Sequence record: OP251154.1
From: Escherichia phage TR2
DNA: 45,171 nt
Reading direction: 5' to 3' (one strand)
The notes beneath the pieces were generated by a model. That model was not told where the DNA came from. It made no database searches and saw only the letters and a list, made by a program, of their open reading frames with translations. Below, piece by piece: positions 1 to 6,718 of this stretch (position 1 is its first letter; the number at the start of each line of letters is the position of its first letter). The translations under genes were made by a program, and so were the position numbers.

Positions 1-46
1 TTGTGACCTCCTTTGTTGATGTAAGATTATACCATATTACAGACGT

Positions 47-69
47 AAAAAAGCCCTCAAGAAGAGGGC
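47..69 (-). terminator. rho-independent terminator (minus strand)
   Basis: Inverted repeat GCCCTC-aagaa-GAGGGC at 53-69 preceded on plus strand by an A-run, giving a T-run on the minus strand. Confidence 0.45.
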
Positions 70-122
70 GAATTATCGAACAACAACGAGAGAGATGAAA
101 CAACCAGAGAGTAGAACTTCTT

Positions 123-305
123 TTACTTTCGCTCACGAACGTAAGTTACTAGGAATTTGTGGTAATCCGGGTCGGCACCAGACATTACCTTTACTTTCGC
201 TACCGCTTCCTCTGAGGACTCAGCGGTAACCGACGCGATAAATTCTTGCTGACAATTCTTACAGCTTCGACCCATTAAGCGGATTGAAAGCTTAACATCC
301 CACAT
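123..305 (-). CDS. hypothetical protein (60 aa)
   Basis: ORF track only; no recognisable motif. Confidence 0.3.
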   Translation of the reverse strand: MWDVKLSIRLMGRSCKNCQQEFIASVTAESSEEAVAKVKVMSGADPDYHKFLVTYVRERK

Positions 306-321
306 AATGAATCTCCTTTAT

Positions 322-397
322 TGGTGTTCCGCGCTGGACTCGAACCAGCAACTAAGACTTAGGAGGTCTTTGCGTTATCCTGTTACGCCAGCAGAAC
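322..397 (-). tRNA. tRNA-Arg (anticodon CCU, reads AGG)
   Basis: Manual cloverleaf on minus strand: acceptor GTTCTGC/GCGGAAC (one G-U), D-stem GCGT/ACGC with GG in loop, anticodon stem AAGAC/GTCTT, loop CT-CCT-AA, T-arm GCTGG-TTCGAGT-CCAGC, 3' ACCA. Confidence 0.8.
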
Positions 398-596
398 AAA
401 TATTTAAGTAGCGATTGCGCTATTTAAAGATTGCTGGTTACGCCTCCAGCGTCGAGTTTCTCGACCGGTTATTGAGGTTTGCGCCTTATCCTCTTTGGCC
501 AACTTGCCATGTACGCTACTTAATTAGCAATGGACTTTGTGTTGCGCTCCGTGCGCCGTTCTAGCTTGGCTAGCTCGTATGCCTACGAGATAAATA

Positions 597-863
597 CTAA
601 TACTTTCCTGTCAGTGATGCAATCTCTTTTTCATACCTAACGAAATCCAGCGTGCTTTTACAAACCATTAGGTCAACATTTGAGTTAACAATCTTCCCGC
701 AAACTGTACAGATTAGCTTTGTCCTACACCCATCCTGATACGAATCCTCAAACCAACTTATGCGTCGGAATAATCTATATTTATGCTTATGTAGAATTCC
801 GACCTTAAACATTAGTGACTTGATCTTATTCATAAAGGCTATTCCCATTCTCATCGTGGTCAA
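597..863 (-). CDS. hypothetical protein with CxxC motif; start uncertain
   Basis: ORF track; overlaps upstream ORF by 38 nt so the true start may be an internal Met (around 833-848). Confidence 0.35.
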   Translation of the reverse strand: MTTMRMGIAFMNKIKSLMFKVGILHKHKYRLFRRISWFEDSYQDGCRTKLICTVCGKIVNSNVDLMVCKSTLDFVRYEKEIASLTGKY

Positions 864-1062
864 CGCGACCTTTTCTATACCCAGCTATCCACACAAATTT
901 ATCCCTCGCAATTAGCGTAGACACAGGACCCCAAACCTGAGTAATCAGTGCTGCGACAACTTTATCGTCTTTCTTCTTTGCGCCCAACTTTCCGTACTCG
1001 TCGTTCAGCTTGTCAGCCTGGTGCTTAACTGCGTTGAAGTATGCATCTTCTAATCCAAACAT
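826..1062 (-). CDS. hypothetical protein (78 aa)
   Basis: ORF track; lies directly downstream of a promoter cassette with leader CAAACAACGAGAGGG before the ATG. Confidence 0.45.
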   Translation of the reverse strand: MFGLEDAYFNAVKHQADKLNDEYGKLGAKKKDDKVVAALITQVWGPVSTLIARDKFVWIAGYRKGRVDHDENGNSLYE

Positions 1063-1091
1063 TTTCTGCCCTCTCGTTGTTTGATTGGTTG

Positions 1092-1134
1092 ATTATATGG
1101 CATCAATGCCTGTCACGTTTAGCTATTCGTGCTG
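1092..1134 (-). promoter_or_regulatory. operator/-10 promoter cassette (CAGCA-N5-AGCTA operator, 22-nt spacer, TATAAT)
   Basis: Gene-orientation read: CAGCAcgaatAGCTA, 22 nt, TATAAT (plus 1092-1097 attata). Operator doubles as the C-terminal codons STNS-stop of the upstream ORF. Confidence 0.55.
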
Positions 1135-1277
1135 TCTACATCTGGCCCTCTATCAAAAGTTGCTAATACTTCGTCTGTATCGCCATCGCACTCAAACGTG
1201 TCACCGTATTTCTCATTGAAGTAGATTAAATCCTCAACAAATTCATCACATTTCGGGAATAAACATGTGTTAAGCAT
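1119..1277 (-). CDS. small Cys-containing hypothetical protein (52 aa)
   Basis: Manually translated minus ORF MLNTCLFPKCDEF...DSTNS, below the 60-aa track cutoff; ATG overlaps stop of upstream ORF. Confidence 0.4.
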   Translation of the reverse strand: MLNTCLFPKCDEFVEDLIYFNEKYGDTFECDGDTDEVLATFDRGPDVDSTNS

Positions 1278-1428
1278 TTTTCTTATCCTCGCCCTTATTT
1301 AGACCACGCTTTTCCTCACGCTCTTTCCAGATATTCATTAACTCAAAGTACATCATGGCAATCTCGCCAGTCTCAGCATCATCCATCATTCTCTTAGCCC
1401 ACTGGCTTGGTTTTTCGTAGTTATCCAT
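1270..1428 (-). CDS. small hypothetical protein (52 aa)
   Basis: Manually translated minus ORF MDNYEKPSQWAKRMMDD..., packed between neighbours. Confidence 0.4.
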   Translation of the reverse strand: MDNYEKPSQWAKRMMDDAETGEIAMMYFELMNIWKEREEKRGLNKGEDKKNA

Positions 1429-1446
1429 CTAATCGCATGCCTTAAA

Positions 1447-1581
1447 TTATAGTTCGTTAGAATGCGTTTTAGCATCGTCTACGGCTGCCGAAATAATGTA
1501 AATAATCGCGAAGCCCAGAGACCACAACAACCATGGTAAAGCCTCAACTAAAACCTCGTCAATCATAAGTTCCGTGTGCAT
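1447..1581 (-). CDS. small predicted membrane protein (44 aa)
   Basis: Manually translated minus ORF MHTELMIDEVLVEALPWLLWSLGFAIIYIISAAV... with one hydrophobic helix. Confidence 0.4.
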   Translation of the reverse strand: MHTELMIDEVLVEALPWLLWSLGFAIIYIISAAVDDAKTHSNEL

Positions 1582-1591
1582 CTTGTTTTCC

Positions 1592-1771
1592 TTAAATCTT
1601 GTTCAATTGCTCAAGAATTTCGTAAGCCAGTTCTCTAGCTTGCTCTTCTGTTAAGTGGATGGTGTGAACTTGAGGTTCGTCACGCATTCCGCAAGCCTGA
1701 GCAATGATGAATGTTGCGTAGCCGTCGGAGTGGTTAGCCTGAAGTTTTGGTTCTGATTGTCGGAATCTCAT
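1592..1771 (-). CDS. small hypothetical protein (59 aa)
   Basis: Manually translated minus ORF MRFRQSEPKLQANHSDGYATF...; ATGA start/stop overlap with upstream gene (1768-1771). Confidence 0.45.
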   Translation of the reverse strand: MRFRQSEPKLQANHSDGYATFIIAQACGMRDEPQVHTIHLTEEQARELAYEILEQLNKI

Positions 1772-1977
1772 TCTTCAATTACCTCGTATTCGCCTTCTTG
1801 CAAACTAATCTCGTTGCCGATTGTTACTAAATCAGTATCACGAATCGCCTGAACTGATAAGCTACCATCTTTATACTTACCGGAAACATCAACAATATCA
1901 CCAACCTGGAAACCGCAATCAGCAAGGCTAAGTTCGTCACCATCAGCAATGTCAACTTCAATAATCTTTATTCTCAT
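1768..1977 (-). CDS. hypothetical protein (69 aa)
   Basis: ORF track; first gene after a promoter cassette. Confidence 0.5.
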   Translation of the reverse strand: MRIKIIEVDIADGDELSLADCGFQVGDIVDVSGKYKDGSLSVQAIRDTDLVTIGNEISLQEGEYEVIEE

Positions 1978-2008
1978 CTCTATACTCCATCGTGTTGTCG
2001 ATGTGGTA

Positions 2009-2051
2009 ATTATGCCGGATTTCTCCGGCGATTGTTTAGCAATTCGTGCTA
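2009..2051 (-). promoter_or_regulatory. operator/-10 promoter cassette (TAGCA-N5-TGCTA, 22-nt spacer, CATAAT)
   Basis: Plus 2037-2051 TAGCAattcgTGCTA; -10 at plus 2009-2014; leader CATCGACAACACGA then ATG at 1977. Confidence 0.55.
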
Positions 2052-2531
2052 TTGTCCATTCAGGAGTAATTTAGCTTCCCGATAAAACTCCATCGCCGCC
2101 TCAACCTCTTCCTCGCTGTACCGCAAGTGGTATGGTAGTCTACTAGGATGCTTACCTTCGTAGACCTTGAAGTTAGGCTCCCAACACTCATTGAGTATTG
2201 CGGGGTGAACATAAACCTTATCGCCAATTAGACATGTAACATTCATCTTGTCGAGCTCTGGGATTAGCTTGTCCTTGATGAGCAACATCACTCCATTACG
2301 CCCAACAAAAGGCTTAACCTTTCGAGCTCCTTCATATACAGACCTGACACCAACCACTCCTTTCCCGTTAACTCCCATCTTCCTGATGATTTTAATTAGC
2401 ACACCAAGCTCATCACCTGAGTACACATCTGACGTATCAATCGAACCCCAGAATGGCGTTGACTGACGATACCCATTTGCATTTATTACGATTCTGACTG
2501 GCGAAAGTCCATCTTGCCTGGCGATATTCAT
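2049..2531 (-). CDS. internally truncated paralog of the P-loop replication protein at 5132..6715
   Basis: N-terminus (RIVINANGYRQSTPFW) and C-terminal ~70 aa (NGKGVVGVRSVYEGARKVKPF...TCLIGDKVY) match the ends of the 527-aa protein; central Walker-A region absent. Confidence 0.6.
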   Translation of the reverse strand: MNIARQDGLSPVRIVINANGYRQSTPFWGSIDTSDVYSGDELGVLIKIIRKMGVNGKGVVGVRSVYEGARKVKPFVGRNGVMLLIKDKLIPELDKMNVTCLIGDKVYVHPAILNECWEPNFKVYEGKHPSRLPYHLRYSEEEVEAAMEFYREAKLLLNGQ

Positions 2532-2572
2532 TACCTGCTATGCTGTTAGTTTGTCATCGTTAAAGTTAAACA

Positions 2573-3061
2573 TTATTTAATCTCCTCAATAATCAAACGA
2601 TAATCTTTAATTGCTTTCATTGCTGCTGCGAGCGCTTCACCTTCATACTCCGATAGGTCTGGCATGACTTTCGATATCTTAGCCTTGAATTCAGTTATTG
2701 CCTCCACCTTGATTGCGTCATTGGTCTTCTTCCTGATACCAATGTTGGCAGTTCCAGGGATCAGTTTGATAACCAGCCTCTTGCCATCTGATAGCTCTGT
2801 CACGCCGAATTGGCTTTTGCCGCTATCTTCATCATAGTAGTGAGTCGCCTTCATACCTGCGTCTCTCAACTCAGGCATGCGAGCTGTTGTGTTGTAGATG
2901 TATGAGCTCTTAAGCTTCTTAATGGAACCATCTTCACTGCCAATAATGCTTTCAATTTTCCTTAGTGAAACGCTGAATTGCTTATCTTCAGATTTTAGAG
3001 CCTGTTTTACCATCTCGCGAATCACTTGACCCAATGTTGCTTTCTCATTCATGTTTATCAC
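2573..3061 (-). CDS. hypothetical protein (162 aa)
   Basis: ORF track; sigma70-like TTGATT-17-TATGAT upstream on minus strand (around plus 3080-3110). Confidence 0.55.
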   Translation of the reverse strand: MINMNEKATLGQVIREMVKQALKSEDKQFSVSLRKIESIIGSEDGSIKKLKSSYIYNTTARMPELRDAGMKATHYYDEDSGKSQFGVTELSDGKRLVIKLIPGTANIGIRKKTNDAIKVEAITEFKAKISKVMPDLSEYEGEALAAAMKAIKDYRLIIEEIK

Positions 3062-3322
3062 TCCTCTCGTTTAGGTTGAATCCATCATATATCGACTTAC
3101 ACACGTAATCAAGTGTAATTTTTGGTAACTTTTAGGTGTGGTTACGCGAAATGGCATCCTAGCCAAGCTATAGCTAAATGTAGTTTGTGGTAACGCCTGT
3201 AACGCATAAATTGGGTGGGGTTGCCCAATACTGGCTATTTCTTCCATAAAATTGCAGATATGTACTCTGATAGGAAAAAACATATATATAGCAGAAGAGC
3301 ACCAGTTACATGACTTACATAC

Positions 3323-3350
3323 AATAATAATAATAATAATAATAATAATA
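3323..3350. repeat. (AAT)9 microsatellite followed by (AT)7 at 3359-3372
   Basis: Perfect trinucleotide repeat read directly; produces the spurious poly-Ile ORF 3252..3509. Confidence 0.9.
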
Positions 3351-3396
3351 GAAAGAAGATATATATATATATTAAGTACTTATAGTGTAAGTCTAG

Positions 3397-3422
3397 GCGT
3401 AGCTTCGCGTAACTCGCGTAAC
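3397..3422. promoter_or_regulatory. three phased iterons GCGTAGC/GCGTAAC/GCGTAAC
   Basis: Starts at 3397, 3407, 3416 (10- and 9-bp spacing); more GTAACGC/GGTTACG sites at 3126-3210 and 3453-3463. Confidence 0.5.
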
Positions 3423-3542
3423 GATAGTGGTTGGCTTACATCGCGCTACGCCGGTTACGTGTATGCGGCAAAATGGCTCGGCCAGAATAAAAATCAACTT
3501 GTATGGTAGTCCATCCACCATTCATTCACCCTCACATCAATA

Positions 3543-3636
3543 ATTGCAAATTCTGCAACAATCAAAAAAATCATTGCATCAGATGCAATATTGCTATATG
3601 TGCAATAATGAGATGAATCATTGCAATAACTGCAAT
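3543..3636. promoter_or_regulatory. array of three ATTGCA-N5-TGCAAT palindromic operator-like sites
   Basis: Sites at 3543-3559 (ATTGCAaattcTGCAAC), 3573-3589 (ATTGCAtcagaTGCAAT), 3620-3636 (ATTGCAataacTGCAAT); same GCA-N5-TGC core as the promoter operator. Confidence 0.5.
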
Positions 3637-3655
3637 AATACATAAACCCAACGAA

Positions 3656-3699
3656 TAGCACTTTTTGCTAATGACAAACATTGGTAACGAGACCATAAT
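3656..3699 (+). promoter_or_regulatory. operator/-10 promoter cassette for the plus-strand early operon
   Basis: TAGCActtttTGCTA at 3656-3670, 23-nt spacer, CATAAT at 3694-3699, leader CATCAACAACGAGGAGAG, ATG at 3727. Confidence 0.55.
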
Positions 3700-3726
3700 G
3701 AATCCATCAACAACGAGGAGAGAGAT

Positions 3727-3924
3727 ATGAAACTTAAAGACGAAGCGTATGAGCAGCTAAAGCAGGAATGCGCTCTGATTGGGTTGAACGAGATGTACAG
3801 CGATATGGTTTTGCGCGGCAAGATTGATATTGACCTCGCTAAGCAATTCCAGTCAGATGATGAGTATCTATGTTGTGATGGCTTGGGCTGTGACGAATGT
3901 TTACCCTGGCAAGGAATGAGATGA
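3727..3924 (+). CDS. hypothetical protein (65 aa)
   Basis: ORF track; first gene of plus-strand operon. Confidence 0.5.
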   Translation: MKLKDEAYEQLKQECALIGLNEMYSDMVLRGKIDIDLAKQFQSDDEYLCCDGLGCDECLPWQGMR

Positions 3925-4115
3925 TGAAAGTTAAGTGCTTAAATAATCTTAATGATGGAACCTGGGAATTTAGAAACGGAAAGCATTACATTTATGATGA
4001 AATTTATGGTTACGTAGTTGGTGACAACTTCAAACCAGTTTACTGCTACATTGATGATGGACGTGTCATTGCAGCAATTAAAAATAGGCTTATTTTTGAA
4101 ACAGTAGAAGGTTAG
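3921..4115 (+). CDS. hypothetical protein (64 aa)
   Basis: ORF track frame; start moved to ATG 3921 (ATGATGA overlap with upstream stop, AAGGAA SD). Confidence 0.5.
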   Translation: MMKVKCLNNLNDGTWEFRNGKHYIYDEIYGYVVGDNFKPVYCYIDDGRVIAAIKNRLIFETVEG

Positions 4116-4116
4116 C

Positions 4117-4320
4117 ATGAAACTACTTTGCACCAATATCATTAAAGACTTTAACGACGCGTTCAATAAGGGCTCTGAATACAACGCTACCGATTTCAAA
4201 GATGACATGTGCCTTGTTACCGGAGAGCGTCCACATAAGCATCACGACACGTTTCAGGCTCTTAAATGCCTTGATTACGTCGTCATCCCAGGAATCGCAA
4301 CTTTTAAGGTGATTGAATAA
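4117..4320 (+). CDS. hypothetical protein (67 aa)
   Basis: ORF track; tightly packed in operon. Confidence 0.5.
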   Translation: MKLLCTNIIKDFNDAFNKGSEYNATDFKDDMCLVTGERPHKHHDTFQALKCLDYVVIPGIATFKVIE

Positions 4321-4481
4321 TGCTATTACCATCTGAGATTAACTATTTTGATCTGGAAGTTATTAGTTCTTACAGCGGCAAGGGCTGGCCTTGCGGGGAA
4401 TGGTTCAACGAGGACTTGCTTGAATCTCACGAGATTATGCTTAAGGCGATTGAGAAGGCGAGAAATAGCACGAATTGCTAA
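4320..4481 (+). CDS. small hypothetical protein (53 aa)
   Basis: Manually translated MLLPSEINYFDLEV...ARNSTNC; ATG overlaps upstream stop; last codons are the operator sequence. Confidence 0.45.
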   Translation: MLLPSEINYFDLEVISSYSGKGWPCGEWFNEDLLESHEIMLKAIEKARNSTNC

Positions 4482-4508
4482 AGCCCTTCGGGGCTTTTGT
4501 TGTATAGT
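4466..4508 (+). promoter_or_regulatory. operator/-10 promoter cassette
   Basis: TAGCAcgaatTGCTA at 4466-4480, 22-nt spacer holding hairpin GCCCttcgGGGC plus T-run, TATAGT at 4503-4508, then CATCGAAACGAAA. Confidence 0.55.
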
Positions 4509-4540
4509 TTCCTCATCGAAACGAAAGAGAACAAGTAATC

Positions 4541-4705
4541 ATGTTTGACAACTTTTACGACGCGATGGAAGAGGCAGTTTTCAGGGCCTCGCTTGATGGA
4601 AAGATTTACGGTTTAGTTCAGAAAGTTGATAAGATTGTTGTGCGTATCGTGCGCAAATCAGTACCAAACAAATTCATGTGGACTACAAAAGAGAGGGCTG
4701 AATAA
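4541..4705 (+). CDS. small hypothetical protein (54 aa)
   Basis: Manually translated MFDNFYDAMEEAVFRASLDGK...; TAATG overlap with next gene. Confidence 0.45.
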   Translation: MFDNFYDAMEEAVFRASLDGKIYGLVQKVDKIVVRIVRKSVPNKFMWTTKERAE

Positions 4706-5058
4706 TGACTACTACCATAACTAAAAATTTCATTAGCAAAGACAACCAACTGTTTAAAGCTCGCGTTAAAGATGGTGTCGAGCAAATCAAGAAAGATGGC
4801 AAATGGGTTAATCTGGAAGAACGTGGTAAATACATTAAGACCAGAACGCTTTACGTGACACATGTTAACCACAAATCTGGCGTTAAGAAGTATTTCAAAG
4901 AAGGAAAGAGATACCAGGTGCTAATGCATAGCGGGATGGGTCAGTCTGCTGGTTACATTTACGACGAAGATGGTAATGCATGGCAGCTATATCGAAGCGA
5001 AGATGTTGGTTTCTACACTCTTTGCCAGACTTACCTATTTGAATCATCTTACAAATAG
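4705..5058 (+). CDS. hypothetical protein (117 aa)
   Basis: ORF track. Confidence 0.55.
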   Translation: MTTTITKNFISKDNQLFKARVKDGVEQIKKDGKWVNLEERGKYIKTRTLYVTHVNHKSGVKKYFKEGKRYQVLMHSGMGQSAGYIYDEDGNAWQLYRSEDVGFYTLCQTYLFESSYK

Positions 5059-5101
5059 CAGCACGAATTGATAATGCATTATAAGCGGCTGTTGATATAA
5101 T
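5059..5101 (+). promoter_or_regulatory. operator/-10 promoter cassette
   Basis: CAGCAcgaatTGATA at 5059-5073, 22-nt spacer, TATAAT at 5096-5101, ATG at 5132. Confidence 0.55.
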
Positions 5102-5131
5102 GGCCGCTCAGAAACAATACGGAGAGAAGTA

Positions 5132-6715
5132 ATGTTTGATTTCAACGAAGATAAACTATCTGTTGAACAAGTTATGGCGATTGCCGCGACCGACAACCTC
5201 CCACCGCTTCGCGTTGCCATTAATGCAAATGGCTATCGGCAGTCTCAATCATTCTGGAAAACACCTGTGGAGATTGACGCAGGTAATGACAAGTACCCTG
5301 TAATATCTCTAGGCAATGACATTGATGTTGTTGGTAAGCTCTCGGCAAATATTGCTCGCTCAGTTCAGTTCCCAGAGTCATCAGCATACATGCACTTTTT
5401 GGGTTGTGTGTCCGCTGCGATGCTAGGGCGCTTTACTGTTGAGTATCACGGAACCCAGCAGCCAACATCGCTTTACGTGGTAACTAGCCAGCCGCCATCT
5501 ACTGGTAAGTCAGCCATTAACTCTCTGTCAATTGCGCCAATGATTGCTGAGACTGAGCGTTTGAACGAGGTGCGTAAACGTGACCGCAAAAAGATTATGG
5601 CTAAGCTGTCTGCGCTAGCAAAAGAAATGAAACAGGAGAAGTCACCATCTGAGATGGCTTCACTGTTTGAGGAGAAGGAAGATTTAGAGGAAAAGCTCGA
5701 GAAGCTGTGCGATATCGTATTCCCGGTCTCAGATACTACGCCAGAAGGTCTTGCACGAATCAACAACCGCCAGGGTAACTTTGCGGTCATCTCGGATGAG
5801 GCAACAAGCGTCAACTCATTATTGGGCATGACATACGGTGATGGTTCCAAGAAAACGAACAGCGAGCTTGTACTTAAAGCGTGGGATGCTGGTAACGTAT
5901 CTATTGCCCGCGCTAACGCAGAAAACAACATGAGTTTCGTGGCAATGGGGTGCATCTCTGTAATTGCTCAGGATGAAACAATCAATGCGATTATGAATGC
6001 TGGTGCGCGTGGTATTGGTGTTTCCGAGCGTTTCCTTCTGGTGCGTGAAAAGTCATTTCTTGGAGACCGCGTGTTTGTTGATGAGAATGGCGATTCAACA
6101 TACGAGGCTATTGATGATGGTCTTAAAGCAGACTATTTCCGTCTCGTTCATGAAATTATGAATGAAGTTGAAGTGAAACTGACAGTAAGTGCGTCATCCA
6201 TGCGCTACCTTAACCGAGCTCGCCAGGAAATGGAACCGCATCTTGGTGATGGCGGTAAATATTCCCACACGATGTTACGTGGTGCTCTTGGTAAATTTGA
6301 TAAGCAAGCAATCCGTATTGCCTCAGTATTGCACGTTATTCGCAACTGGTTCGCACCGGCAGGGTCGAGTCCGCAGAAATCAAGAGAGATTGAGCTTGAA
6401 ACAATGCAAGAAGCGGTTATGATTTTCCACGAGTTAAGCAAGACTTATTTGTCGTCCGCTAGTGCTGCTGGTCATGCTGGTGATAATGCTGAAATGAATA
6501 AGCTGGTTGATATCCTGATTAAGCAAGGTAAGAATGGGAAGGGTGTTGTTGGCGTTCGCTCACTGTATGAAGCAGCACGCAAAGTTAAACCTTTTGAAGG
6601 ACAGGCTGGCGTAATGACTCGCATCAAGGACCACTTGGTTCCTATGCTTGATGAGAAAAACTATACATGCCTGATTGGTGATAAGATTTACATTAATCCG
6701 CGATTGTTGGGGTGA
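5132..6715 (+). CDS. putative replication initiator/helicase-like P-loop NTPase (527 aa)
   Basis: Walker-A-like TSQPPSTGKSA; has its own promoter cassette; N- and C-terminal segments duplicated in 2049..2531. Confidence 0.6.
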   Translation: MFDFNEDKLSVEQVMAIAATDNLPPLRVAINANGYRQSQSFWKTPVEIDAGNDKYPVISLGNDIDVVGKLSANIARSVQFPESSAYMHFLGCVSAAMLGRFTVEYHGTQQPTSLYVVTSQPPSTGKSAINSLSIAPMIAETERLNEVRKRDRKKIMAKLSALAKEMKQEKSPSEMASLFEEKEDLEEKLEKLCDIVFPVSDTTPEGLARINNRQGNFAVISDEATSVNSLLGMTYGDGSKKTNSELVLKAWDAGNVSIARANAENNMSFVAMGCISVIAQDETINAIMNAGARGIGVSERFLLVREKSFLGDRVFVDENGDSTYEAIDDGLKADYFRLVHEIMNEVEVKLTVSASSMRYLNRARQEMEPHLGDGGKYSHTMLRGALGKFDKQAIRIASVLHVIRNWFAPAGSSPQKSREIELETMQEAVMIFHELSKTYLSSASAAGHAGDNAEMNKLVDILIKQGKNGKGVVGVRSLYEAARKVKPFEGQAGVMTRIKDHLVPMLDEKNYTCLIGDKIYINPRLLG

Positions 6716-6718
6716 TAG

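Larger units (their letters stand above)
3305..3466. repeat. noncoding module A (homolog of module B at 22111..22277)
   Basis: Shared order with module B: TTACATGA, AAT/AT microsatellite, (AT)n tract, three GCGTAAC-type iterons at 9-10 bp phasing, ACATCG, GGTTACGTGTA. Confidence 0.7.

Noticed and set aside
400-600. Possible second tRNA or structured RNA next to tRNA-Arg
   Set aside because: Only a simple hairpin (CGTCGAG-ttt-CTCGACC); no T-arm GGTTCGA-type motif or cloverleaf could be built.
3252-3509. 85-aa plus-strand ORF with a poly-Ile run
   Set aside because: The poly-Ile is the translation of the (AAT)9 microsatellite and the ORF spans the iteron region; it is noncoding regulatory DNA.
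3397-3640. CRISPR array
   Set aside because: Repeats are 6-7 bp iterons or 17-bp palindromes with irregular spacing, not 25-40 bp direct repeats with unique spacers; no cas genes.
4476-4481. Reading TTGCTA in the conserved motif as a sigma70 -35 hexamer
   Set aside because: Distance to the -10 hexamer is 22 nt in nearly all copies, outside the 16-18 nt window; the motif is better explained as a palindromic operator centred near -42.
5473-5955. Antisense ORFs embedded in large genes (also 2248..2466, 12801..13135, 13485..14070, 25315..26038, 31439..32806, 40274..40824)
   Set aside because: Shadow ORFs opposite long, well-supported genes, with no start signals and low-complexity composition.
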